From: Mobula birostris
Taxonomy: Eukaryota
NCBI RefSeq assembly: GCF_030028105.1
Contig: NC_092389.1
Location: 22,245,180-22,309,179, forward strand
DNA: 64,000 nt
Direction of reading: 5' to 3'
The notes under the pieces were generated by a model. The model worked only from the letters and a program-made list of their open reading frames with translations, made no database searches and had not been told where the DNA came from. Made by a program: the position numbers and the translations under genes. Positions 52,858 through 64,000 of this stretch are shown here, one piece after another. How positions within the stretch are numbered: the stretch's first letter is position 1; each line of letters begins with the position of its first letter.

Positions 52858-53522
52858 TACCATTACAAAACAAGCATGCAGCACTTCTACTCTCTTAGAA
52901 GTTTGCGCAGATTTAGCATGTCATCTAATACCTTGGCAAACTTTGTTAGATATACAGCAGGGAACTTCCTGACTGGTGACATCATGGTCTGGTGTGGAAA
53001 CACCAATACCCAAGAACTTAAAAGCCTTCAAAGAATGATGGCTGCAGCCTAGTCCATTACAGAAAAAACCCTCTCCACTAATGAGCACATCTACAAGGAG
53101 GTCTGCCACAAGAAAGCAGTATCCATCAAAGACTCCACCAGTCAGGTCATGCTCTCCTCTCATTTCTGCCATCTGAGAGGAGGTACAGGAGCCTTGGGTC
53201 TCACACCACCAGGTTCAGGAGCAGTTATTATCCTTCAATGATTAGGCTGTTAAACCAGTGTGGATAATTGCACTCACCTTAACACTGAACTCATTCCACA
53301 AACTATGGACTCACTTTCAAGGACTCAAACTCATGATCCCAGTATTATTTGTTTGTTTTTGTATTTGCACAGTGGTTATTTGTCAGTCTTTGTGTATAGT
53401 TCTTCAGTGATTCTATTGTATTTATTTGTTCTATTTTAAATGCTTGCAAGAAAATGAATCTTAAGGTAGTATCTGGTAATATATACAGTATGCATTTTGA
53501 TAATAAATTTACTTTGAACTTT
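52858..53522 (+). mobile_element. Rex1/Babar-like LINE 3' fragment
   Basis: Encodes QHFYSLRSLRRFSM...WCGNTNTQELKSLQRMM, then the tail taataaatttactttgaacttt. Confidence 0.8.
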
Positions 53523-53827
53523 GAGTGCTTGTGTCTGTTTGTGACCATGATGATTTTGGTTTGGCTAACTGCAAAGTTCTAACTCAAACAAAGATCTTCA
53601 GCCCTATCGAATACAAGTAGCTACAAGTACTCTCACAAAAGGGAGATCATACCGTAACTACCCAAACTTCAAAGACTAGTTCACTTCCCTGTTTATTCCC
53701 CACAGTGAATTTAGCTGCAAATTCCCACCATTCGAGTGGTGGGTACCCTTTCCCAAGGGGAAAATACTTCCAATCAACAAAGTAGTTTAAAACACCAGTT
53801 CATTTATTTTCAGTGATACATGCTGAA

Positions 53828-56607
53828 AGGCCAACTTATACTTCTGCATCGAATCTACGCCGCAGGTACAGCATAGCCGCGTACCCTATGCCGTAGCCTG
53901 ACGCGCACCTCCCCAAAAACGCAACTACGCGTCATGGCGACGCAGATTGCAACAACCCTGATTGGTCCGCTTGGTAGCAATGCATTTTCTCCTCCACATT
54001 TCCATATAACCATATAACAATTGCAGCACGGAAACAGGCCATCTCAGCCTTTCCAGTCCGTGCCGAACTCTTACTCTCACCTAGTCCCACCGACCTGCAC
54101 TCAGCCCATAACCCCCCATTCCTTTCCTGTCCATATAGTTGTCCAGTTTAACATTAAACAACAACATCAAACCTGCCTCAACCACTTCTGCTGGAAGCTC
54201 ATTCCACTCTCTGAGTAAAGAAGGTCCCCCTCATGTTACCCCTAAACTTTTGCCCCCTAACTCTCAACTCATGTCCTCTTGTTTGAATCTCCCCCACTCT
54301 CAATGGAAAAAAGCCGAACCACGTCAATTCTATCAATCCCCCTCATAATTTTAAATACCTCTATCAAGTCCCCCCTCAACCTTCTACATTCCAAAGAATA
54401 AAGACCCAACTTGTTCAACCTTCCTCTGTAACTTAGGTGATGAAACCCAGCAAACATTCTAGTAAACCTTCTCTGTACTCTCTCTATTTTGTTGACATCT
54501 TTCCTATAATTTGGTGACCAAAACTGTACACAATACTCCAAATTTGGCCTCACCAATGCCTTGTACAATTTCAACATTACATCCCAACTCCGAAACTCAA
54601 TGCTCTGATTTATAAAGGCCAGCATACCAAAAGCTTTCTTCACCACCCTAGCCACATAAGATTCCACCTTCAGGGAACTATGCACCATTATTCCTAGATC
54701 CCTCTGTTCTACTACATTCTTTAATGCCCTACCATTTACCATGTATGTCCTATTTTGATTAGTCCTACCTAAGTGTAGCACCTCACATTTATCAGCATTA
54801 AACTCCATCTGCCTTCTTTCAGCCCACTCTTCTAACTGGCCTAAATCTCTCTGCAAGCTTTGAAAACCTACTTCATTATCCACAACTCCACCTATCTTAG
54901 TATCATCTGCATACTTTCTCATCCAATTTACCACCCCATCATCCAGATCATTAATGTATATGACAAATCACATTGGACCCAGTACAGATCTCTGAGGCAC
55001 ACCACTAGTCACCGGCCTCCAATCTGACAAATAGTTTTCCACCACCACTCTCTGGCGTCTCCCATCCAGCCACTGCTGAATCCATTTTGCTACTTCAATA
55101 TTAATACTAACGATTGAACCTTCCTAACCAACCTTCCCTGTGGGACCTTGTCAAAGGCCTTACTGAAGTCCATATAGGCAACATCCACCGCTTTACCCTC
55201 ATCAACATTCCTAGTAACCTCTTCAAAAAATTCAATAAGATTTGTCAAACATGACCTTCCACGCACAAATCCATGTTGACTGTTCCTAATCAGACCCTGT
55301 CTATCCAGATAATTATATATACACCATCTCTAAGAATACTTTCCATCAATTTACCCACCACTGACTTCAAACTCACAGGCCGATAATTGCTAGGTTTACT
55401 CTTAGAACCCTTTTTAAACAATGGAACCACATGAGCAATACGCCAATCCTTCGGCACCATCCCCGTTTCTAATGACATTCGAAATATTTCTGTCAGAGCC
55501 CCTGCTATTTCCACACTAACTTCTCTCAATGTCCTAGGGAATATCCTGTCAGGACCCAGAGACTTATCCACTTTTATATTCCTTAAAAGCTCCAGTACTA
55601 CTACTACTTTAATCATCATAGTTTCCATAACTTCCCTACCCATTTCCCTTATCTTACACAATTCAATATCCTTCTCCTTAGTGAATACCGAAGAAAAGAA
55701 ATTGTTAAGAATCTCCCCCATCTCTTTTGGCTCCGCACATAGCCGTCCACTCTGATTCTCTAAGGGACCAATTTTATCCCTCACTATCCTTTTGCTATTT
55801 ATATAACGGTAGAAACCCTTGGGATTTATTTTCACCTTACTTGCCAAAGCAACCTCATATCTTCTTTTAGCTCATCTAAATTTCTTTCTTAAGATTCCTT
55901 TTACATTTTTTATATTCCTCGAGCACCTCATTTACTCCATGCTGCCTATATTTATTGTACCTAACAGGAACATAAAGATTCTGTACTCTCAAATTTTCAC
56001 CTTTAAATGACCTCCATTTCTCTATCACATCCTTCCCATAAAACAAATTGTCCCAATCCACTCCTTCTAAATCCTTTCGCATCTCCTCAAAGTTAACCTT
56101 TCTCTAATCAAAAATCTCAACCCTGGGTCCCGATCTATCCTTCTCCATAATTATATTGAAACTAATAGCATTGTGATCACTGGACCCGAAGTGCTCCCCA
56201 ACACAAACCTCCGTCACCTGACCTATCTCATTCCCTAACAGGAGATCCAACACTGCCCCTTCCTTCATTGGTACCTTTACGTATTGCTGCAAAAAAACTA
56301 TCTTGCACCACCTCCTCCGACGTCCTCTCTCTTTTCTGCATTGCAGTAATTTCAATAAAAGTAACTCTTGTTCAACATTTATTAGCTCCAACTCCAACAT
56401 GATGCGCTCAGTTTCAGTCACCATTGTTTGAAGTACACAAAGAAACTCAACACGAAGAAACTCAACGCAGTGGCATAGAAACCCCACCGCCAACTACCGC
56501 TTTAGCAGTGAATTGCAGAGCAACACAGACACACCAACGCGTAAGTATAAATGCTCACAATGGTGTAGGCTATGGTGTAGAGCCGACGCAGTAGTATAAA
56601 TCAACCT
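53828..56607 (-). mobile_element. PIF/Harbinger-like DNA transposon whose interior is replaced by a CR1
   Basis: TIRs aggccaacttatacttctgcatcg / cgacgcagtagtataaatcaacct|TAA. The minus-strand ORF start MVTETERIMLELELINVEQELLLLKLLQCRKERGRRRRW resembles a Harbinger transposase N-terminus. Confidence 0.65.
54002..56303 (-). mobile_element. CR1 LINE, 5'-truncated (end of endonuclease, RT, 3' tail)
   Basis: Encodes LDLLL...GSSDHNAISF, PLFKKG...NYRPVSL, KYADDTK, LVRPNLEYCVQFWSP and RRLRGDLIEVFK. The 3' tail is (ttatatgg)2. Confidence 0.95.
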
Positions 56608-59149
56608 TAAGTCCAAACAGCATTCTTAAAACACATTTCAAACTCAGAGGATTTCAATCTGAAACATTTCCAAATTACAAACCAAACCATTACTTAAGCA
56701 CAAAGCAAGTGCACACTACAGCAAATGTGACGGATTGGATCCACCAGTTTATTTAACTTATGAACTAAATCATCTGCAAAGAGCTTGTATGTGGATTCTT
56801 GCTTTATATCTGTTCCACTAGAAAGCTGTTGCAGAATTTATGATAAACCACATTATTAAGCATTCAGATACTTAGCACATCCATTGGACGAGTTAAGGAT
56901 TCTGAACATGATATCCAATTTGTTTGCCTTAAGTTGGATTCTACCAAGACCAGAATTTTAATCTGTGGGAAATAGCATTAGCACAACCACAGAAATCAAT
57001 AATTTAAACTAATCCATCAGTTTCCAGATTAAAAGAAAGCTTCAAGTTCAATCACCAGTTCAAAGACTTGCTACTCGTGTGCTAAGATTATAATGTTTTC
57101 CAAACTGCAAGGCTATCTTTTCTAGGAAACATTACCAAGTGAAGTAGACTGTAAAAAGAAGTTGGCACAGTTGAGCATGTCCATTGATTCCACTCCTTTA
57201 CAAACTAAAAGCAGCATAACATTGCATGAGAACACAAGACCAACTGTCAGTCAATGGATTCAGTCAACTGAAATCTCATTACAGTCGCACAGCTTCAAAA
57301 CCCTCACAGCTAGCCTTAGCTAATTCAAATTCTACTCAACATGTAACCTTCATAGTTGCAGAAAAAAAACATTTACAGACATTGGAAATTAGGCATGCTA
57401 CTTTTCCATTTTGGTTTCATTTTAAGTGTATAGAAGTCATATATTTCTCACAGTAGACACTCGCTCCTTCAGATTATTTTTAGACTGTTCAAGAAAAGCT
57501 GTTTAATTAGGCTCCCCCCCAACCCTTTATTTTCAAGGCACAGCATTATATGCAAATCAAAAGCAATTGAGGCAAGCCACTTCAGCTGTCAGCTCTTAAA
57601 TCAAGTTATCGAATAAACTGATAATGATCAGAAAAGTACACGAGGAAATGAACTAAAATCTGCATCTCACTGCAAAAATAGAATCATTTTGATATAATTG
57701 TCAGGACGAATCTAAGTGCATGGGAGATTGTCATCTTTGGCCCAATAATGCGCATTTTGGGAACCACAATCTTAATTTAGCTATGAAGACTTCTTTGTAA
57801 TTACTTTCCAGTCACAAAATGTGACTTATGGACAGGTTTGACCCGTGGATTATGCTATTGATAAAATAAGCTAGAAACTTGAGAGATCAAAGAAAATGAA
57901 AATAGTTCTTAAATATTTTGGAAAAATTGAAAATTCTACACCTCAAGGTGCAGTGGCAGGTTGACCACTATTCAGTGAGTGTTGGTTTGGAGATAGTGAT
58001 GTGTAAGCAGTGTTCTTATGATCCCAGCGTCAATCAAACCCTGATTTTCTTTGCTCAGACTTGGCAGCTATAACATTTGTTGCTTTGGATCAGAGTCCCA
58101 GAAGATCCCACTCTGAAACCTCTTCAGCTAACACTCTTCCTTGAGGATGTTCCTTGTGATTCACTTTTTCCAGCCAAAACTTTGGCTGATCCATTCTCCC
58201 ATCCTTGCTGCACCGTGAGAATGCATTAAGCAGATGTGGGCCAGGTCAGTACTGAGACAGGAGACAAACAACAAATCAACAAGAATCTTAGTAACATTAT
58301 ATTTTTTTGTTAGCATATGCACTATGTTGGTCAACTATCAACATATGTTTGTGGCCAGTGTCAAATTCTGTTTAATCATTAGTCCGGGACATTTATAAAA
58401 TGGAAGTCAATGGGAAATAATGCTCTCCATTATTTCAGACTCAGATGATGCTTTGAAGGGCACAGCAGTGTATTTAAAGAAATTGTGTGCTGGGGAACCA
58501 CACAAGCTTGGATGCACAAAATGACATAGCAATTTGACGAGTTTAAAACTGGTCTTTCTTAATAGACTGAATATTATTGTCTCAGTAAATTTCTCCAATC
58601 TTTCCACCCAGACCATTACCTCTTATCATTTCAAACTATTAGCATATTTGTTTTAGGCACCATAAATTGTCCCGCTTTTACTTCAGAGAAATTCTTTGCT
58701 GCAACATTGAATTTTAGCAATAGTGTCTGCGTTCTGCTCAATATACAGATGACAACTGATGAAACATAAACCACTTGAGAAATTAACTCTGCTCACTCTC
58801 ACTGTTTCTCCCCACGGGTGTTGCCTCACCTGCATTTTCAGTCTTTTGTTCCCCAATCTAACATTTCAGCTTCTTTGAGGATCTTAAAGCTCCCTATTGT
58901 GTAAAGAACTATCAGTAATCAAAGCAACAAGACATCAATAATGTAACTACAATATAGCACACATTCTGTTGAACGGAATCCTGAAATAAGGACTGAAACA
59001 CATTTGAACTGTCCCTGATATTTACACTACATTTCCATATAAAATGTTTTCTTATATACAAAAATAAAACCTTAAAACATAATCTTTACTTCACAATGCT
59101 TACCCACATGCAGGAGTTATTTGACACCAGCTGAGGCAATTACTCACAA

Positions 59150-59900
59150 GCATATCCTTTGGCCTTATTTATTGCATGTACTGCTCCCAATGCTCCCTTC
59201 TACATCAGCTAGGCAGGATGTAGGTTGGGCAACCAGCTTGCTGAACGCCTATTCTTCACCAGCTGCAGTTATCTAGAGCTCCCAGTAGCCAGCCATTTTA
59301 ATTCTCGTCCCTATTTCCACACTGGCATATCTGCCCTTTGCCCTCTATAATGTCAAGAGCAGGCTAAATGCAAACCTGAGAATAGCACCTTATGTTCTGC
59401 CTGACTAGTGTACATCCCAGCAGCATAAACATTGAATTCTCCAATTTCAGGTAAACTGCTCCCCCTTCTACCCTTTTTTCTCTGTTCCTGATCTATTAAA
59501 CACCTTTCACACCATCTCTTTGCCTTTCTCCATCCTCTCCAGCTGCCCATTACCTACCACTCCCCCACTACAACCGTCCACCCTCCCCACTTCACCTCCC
59601 CTTGATTCCATGGTTTATCTTCCTTTTGGAATCCATCATCTTCAGCCCTTTGTCACTTCCGCTGTTCTGACATTATTTGGACTCTCCTCCTTCCCCATCT
59701 ACTTATCATCTCTCCTTACCTGGATCTACCGATGCCTGCTAGCTCTTGCTCTATCTCTTTTCTCCACATTCTTAAGCTGGCCATCTCCCCTCTTTCAGTT
59801 CAGAAGGATCTTGACCCAAAGTGTTGTCTGTCCATTTCCTCCACAGATGTTGCTTGACCTGCTGAGCCCCTCCAGCATCTCGTGTCACTACAGATTCCAA
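59150..59900 (+). mobile_element. Penelope-like element 3' fragment, degraded
   Basis: GIY-YIG C-terminal relic (ccagtagccagccattttaattc...aacattgaattctccaatttc), a pyrimidine-rich tract and the pLTR end. Confidence 0.7.
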
Positions 59901-60420
59901 CAACTGCCGTTGCACTTCTCCTTACTTGACTTTGATCAAGTGTTAACACTTCTTCTCAAATTAGAAAGTTGGTACTTGGCCTATGGGATAAGTTAAGGTA
60001 GGAGATGAATACAAAAACTGGGGTGATGCATCATGTACCTTACAGTTTGGACAGAGTATGTGATCAAAAATTTATTAAAAGGGGAAGTTCTGTTCATTCT
60101 ATTTTGTACATTCACCAACAGGATTTAAAACTTAGTTCCTTAGCAACATATTCATTAATTTATTTCTAATACTGTTATTCATTGTGGAAAATGTGATTAA
60201 AAACAGCAAATCAGTCATGGAATCTAATACGTAATTGAAAGCATGCAACAGTATAATCTATTGCTACACAATCAGGAAACGAATAACCACTATAGGAATT
60301 TAGAAAACAATCCAATTCCCTTCACAGGTGTTGTTCAAACCACTTCTCCAGTAGTTTTTTTTTGTTCTAGATTCCAGCATGTGCATGCAATCTCATCTCC
60401 AGGAATGCATCGTCTCAAAA

Positions 60421-60502
60421 TGTGTATTTTAGCCCTTGTAGATGTATGCTGGAAAGTGAATGTTCACCATTCAGCATACACCTGCAAGAGCTAAAATACA
60501 CA
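60421..60502 (-). ncRNA. Isolated 82-nt hairpin (pre-miRNA-like or MITE relic)
   Basis: 31-bp inverted repeat tgtgtattttagcccttgtagatgtatgctg / cagcatacacctgcaagagctaaaatacaca, plus an inner gtgaa/ttcac stem. Confidence 0.35.
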
Positions 60503-61547
60503 CTCATTGTTGTGTAAAATCAGATCCATGGGTGTCAGAAGTGTCTCACTACCAGTAGGTAGGTTAACTATTTATTTACAGGACAAGACAGACACTGAAC
60601 ATTCAATAAACCCATCAAGTTACAAATACTTATCTGAACTGAGCTCACAAAATGACAGGACAAAATAGACAATAAATTTACACACAGTAGCAAATACTTA
60701 TCTAACATGTGCGACCGGTGGCAACTGGAGAGCAAAAAGAGGCTGCGTCCTCCCGTTGTCAGCTAAACAGAAGGTCCGGGGAGGGGCTGCCATGCTCCTT
60801 ACACTGGTTAATCCGTGCCTTGCATGGGGGAGTGGCTTTTGTAGAGTGGGTAAGTTTGACACTTACTATAACACACATGAAAATTACAGACAGTAGAATG
60901 GCTGTGGTAATTTGTCAACAGAATATTCAGCATTTATCAACCTACAAAAACTTCGGCTTCTTGATTACCAGCTAGAGCTGAAAAGATGGCTGTTAGGCGA
61001 ATGCCAAGAGGGAGAACCATGAATAAAACTAACATCTGGCTGAAGAAATTAAGATTAAAACTTGATTTTATGAAAGTTTTAGAAACATTACCCACTTATT
61101 ATAAATAATTTAAGGTGGCTTGCACTAAAAGCATTCCTGTTGGGTTTATTACTGCTGTTAAAGCAAACAAAAAAAACTAATGTAAGGTTCCCCATGGCAA
61201 CTTTTATGGGAAACCCATTGATACACTATACGAGAGGATACTTAGTCCATAAAACTCATGAAGTCAAGGAAGTGAAAATATAACGATGCAGACTGTGCAA
61301 CACAATAAAAGCCAGTTAAAGAATAGTGAATGCTTGCTTTTCAGAATGGATTGAGGCAAATGCTGTTGCTCCCAGAGTCAGTATAAAGAACAACACTCCA
61401 AACAAAGTTCTTTAATGGCATAGACAACATTGACATAATTACAAAATCAGCATGTTTCAAAACTCAGCAGTTGACTCAGGATAGTGAAAATATCAAAAGA
61501 ATAGCAAACAACTAAGGCAGCAAACTTTAAATATTACGCAAGAGGAT

Positions 61548-62200
61548 TCAGAGATCAAAGTAAATTTATAAAAGTACATATACATCACGATACACAATCC
61601 TGAGATTCATTTTCTTGCAGGTATACTCAATAAATCCAATGACCATAATGGGATCAATGAAAGACCACAAGAAAAGTCAAACTGTGCAAATACAAAAAAA
61701 AAGAAATAGAGTCCTTGAAAGTGAGTCCATAGCTTATGGGAATGATGGGGCAAGTGAAGTTCAGTGAAGTTGCCCCCTTTGGTTCAACAACTTGATGGTT
61801 GAGGGGTAATAAATGTTCCTGAACCTGGTGGCAAGTCCTAAGGCTCCTGTACTTTCTTCCTGATGACAGCAGTTAGAAGAGAGCACCACCTGGACGGTAG
61901 GGGTCCCTGATGATGAATGCTGCTTTCCCACGACGACGCTGTGTATAGATGTGCTCAATGGAGGGGAGGCCTTTACCTATGATGGACTCAGCCATATCCA
62001 CTACTTTTTGTTGAATTTTCCATTCAAGGGCATTGGTGTTTCCTTTACCAGGCTGTGATGCAGCCAGTCAATATACTCTCCACCACACACCTATAGAAGA
62101 TTGTCAATGTTTTAGATGTCATACCCAATCTTCACCAACTCCCAATGGAGGCATTACTGTACTTTCTTTGTAATTGCACTTCCATGCTGGGCTCAGGACA
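61548..62200 (-). mobile_element. Rex1/Babar-like LINE 3' fragment
   Basis: Reverse-complement relative of 52858-53522 (TRFRNIYYPSTIKLLN and the same tail). Confidence 0.75.
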
Positions 62201-64000
62201 AGAGCGAGGCAGGCGATGTCATGTGCTAGTTTGCTCTCACCCAAGGAAGGAGATATTTGCAACAATGGCTGTACGATTAAAAGCTTGCCAACTTAATTCA
62301 TGGGGTAGGGAACTAAGTATCAGACTAGATTAAGCAGACAGCCTTTTCATTATGAAGAATAAAGCTCAGCATGTGATGCAATCTCAAAGAAACACATCAT
62401 TCTGAGTGAAACATAACCTTTTTGATCAGGTGATGTGCAGTCGGTAGGTTGGTCAGGTCTGCTTGGGAAGTTAAAGCTGGCGTTTGAGGGGAGAGTGGGA
62501 AGGAAAAGAGTGCTTTCTGGTCATGATTGCGCGCGTGGAAGGATTTGAGAGAGTACCCGGGGAAAAGCTATGTGGTTACAGGGAGAACGCATGAAATCCA
62601 CAGACAGCTTGGAGCTCAGAACCAAACCTTGGTCACTGGTGCTGCGAGACAACATCTCCATGAGCTGCTCTACTACGTTGCACTAATGCAGCTTTTCACT
62701 TTGAGTCATGAAGCTGATAACGCAAGAAAATCTGCCATTCTCACAGTTTAAAGACAAGCTCAAAATCTGACTTGCATAATTTAAATGCTGAATCAAACTA
62801 TAAACTGGTTTCACCTGTTCATTCATTTCTTTGGTCTCAAGCCTTTTGATCAAGGAATAAAGGAAATTTCAGAGTCCCACCACTGATTCATGTGTTGCTA
62901 AACTGAACCTGATAAGGAGGTAAACATAATGCCCAAGCTCCATTGCTGTGTGCTGCTTGCGTGAGGTTTACTACAAAATATTTTTTAAAATCATAAAAGA
63001 GCATTTAACAGCAATATGTACAAAAGCCTCCTTTTTTCTATTATAAAATAAATGGCAAAAGTGGTACACAATTGCAATTACCTTGGCTTTCATATTTTTC
63101 AAAAAGTGATAATTATATATTGGGCTATTAAACAAAAAGCACTACTTAATTATTTTTTTTAATCAGTACCTCAACTCAAGCCTAGAAAATTTCCCCAAGA
63201 GATGTTTACTATCTTGTTTGTGATGGACAATTCCTTCAGAAGTGATCACCTGAGTTAGCTGATTCAACTCCACTTTGTGTGTAAAATAGTAGTCAAATAG
63301 TTGTATGTTTGAGAAGGTAAAACACAAATACGCTTAAATGTATCCTTAGAACTGTCCACATGTATGCATTTACATTAATGCTATTAGCTGGAACAGATTC
63401 GAGAGTCCTAGGTTCCATTACACAGAAATTAATCCAGATCAAGTTCTGCTGGAAATGAAGGGGTTCAACCTGAAACATGGATTGCCCATTTTCTTCTGCA
63501 GATGCTGACTGATCTGCTGAGTTCTTCCAGTAGTTTGTTTGTTACACTCCCAGCATCTGCAGTCTCATGAATAAAGAGTTCTCGTCTGTAAACTGACTGC
63601 TTAGCCTTTGTATTCATTACTAAGCTCTCTTTCCTGAAATGTCTTGCAACCTGCTACATATTCTCAAAAACCATAATGCTTAGTGACATCATTTTTCATT
63701 TCATTGTCATATATCATAAGGCTAACACGCACCTTAAATTAAGAAAATCTCATTATTGCATTAAATTTTTCTCAATTGTCATATACAGGTTCGCCTTTAT
63801 CCACTTTTGCTGTTAGAACTTAAACATTTGAAACTAATTTTTGTGAAGGATTACCTGATTCATCCAAAGTGCATTAAAACCAAGTTACAAAAGCGAATTG
63901 CTACTTTGAAGTAGTCCAACTCTTTCCATTATTTATTGTGCTTTTCATAATAACTGGCACAATAGTAACAGCAGCAGCTTCATCCTCACAGTTTAAAGAA

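Noticed and set aside
53723-53742. Small GC-rich hairpin cccaccattcgagtggtggg (a similar small one lies near 61187-61215)
   Set aside because: Too short to exceed chance expectation in 64 kb, with no supporting context.
1-64000. CRISPR array or prokaryotic defence system
   Set aside because: No regularly spaced direct repeats and no operon-like coding. The repeats are dispersed eukaryotic transposons.

Overview
Eukaryotic, AT-rich, repeat-dense genomic DNA, most likely from a cartilaginous fish (ray/shark, inferred from the repeat repertoire). It is not a prokaryotic locus, and no CRISPR array, rRNA or tRNA gene was seen. The window appears to be mostly large introns of an unidentified minus-strand gene, with two good candidate exons (41615-41693 and 39-135) and a weaker one (38210-38282). 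Mobile elements include a near-complete IR/DR Tc1 transposon, a decayed Gypsy LTR retrotransposon carrying several nested insertions, CR1, Rex1/Babar and RTE LINE fragments, solo LTRs, Tigger-like and Harbinger-like DNA transposon relics, tRNA-derived SINEs and many Penelope-like element (PLE) ends. The most interesting signal is that the abundant PLE-derived repeat carries a minimal hammerhead-ribozyme motif (cagtc-CUGANGA-A-stem II-GAAA-CGUC-gactg). It is repeatedly found as short self-inverted insertions flanked by 10-15 bp target-site duplications, one of which captured a 100-bp copy of nearby DNA. There is also an isolated pre-miRNA-like hairpin at 60421-60502. Two assembly gaps lie at 24321-24813 and 24949-25196. 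Repeat boundaries without a quoted TSD or TIR are approximate.
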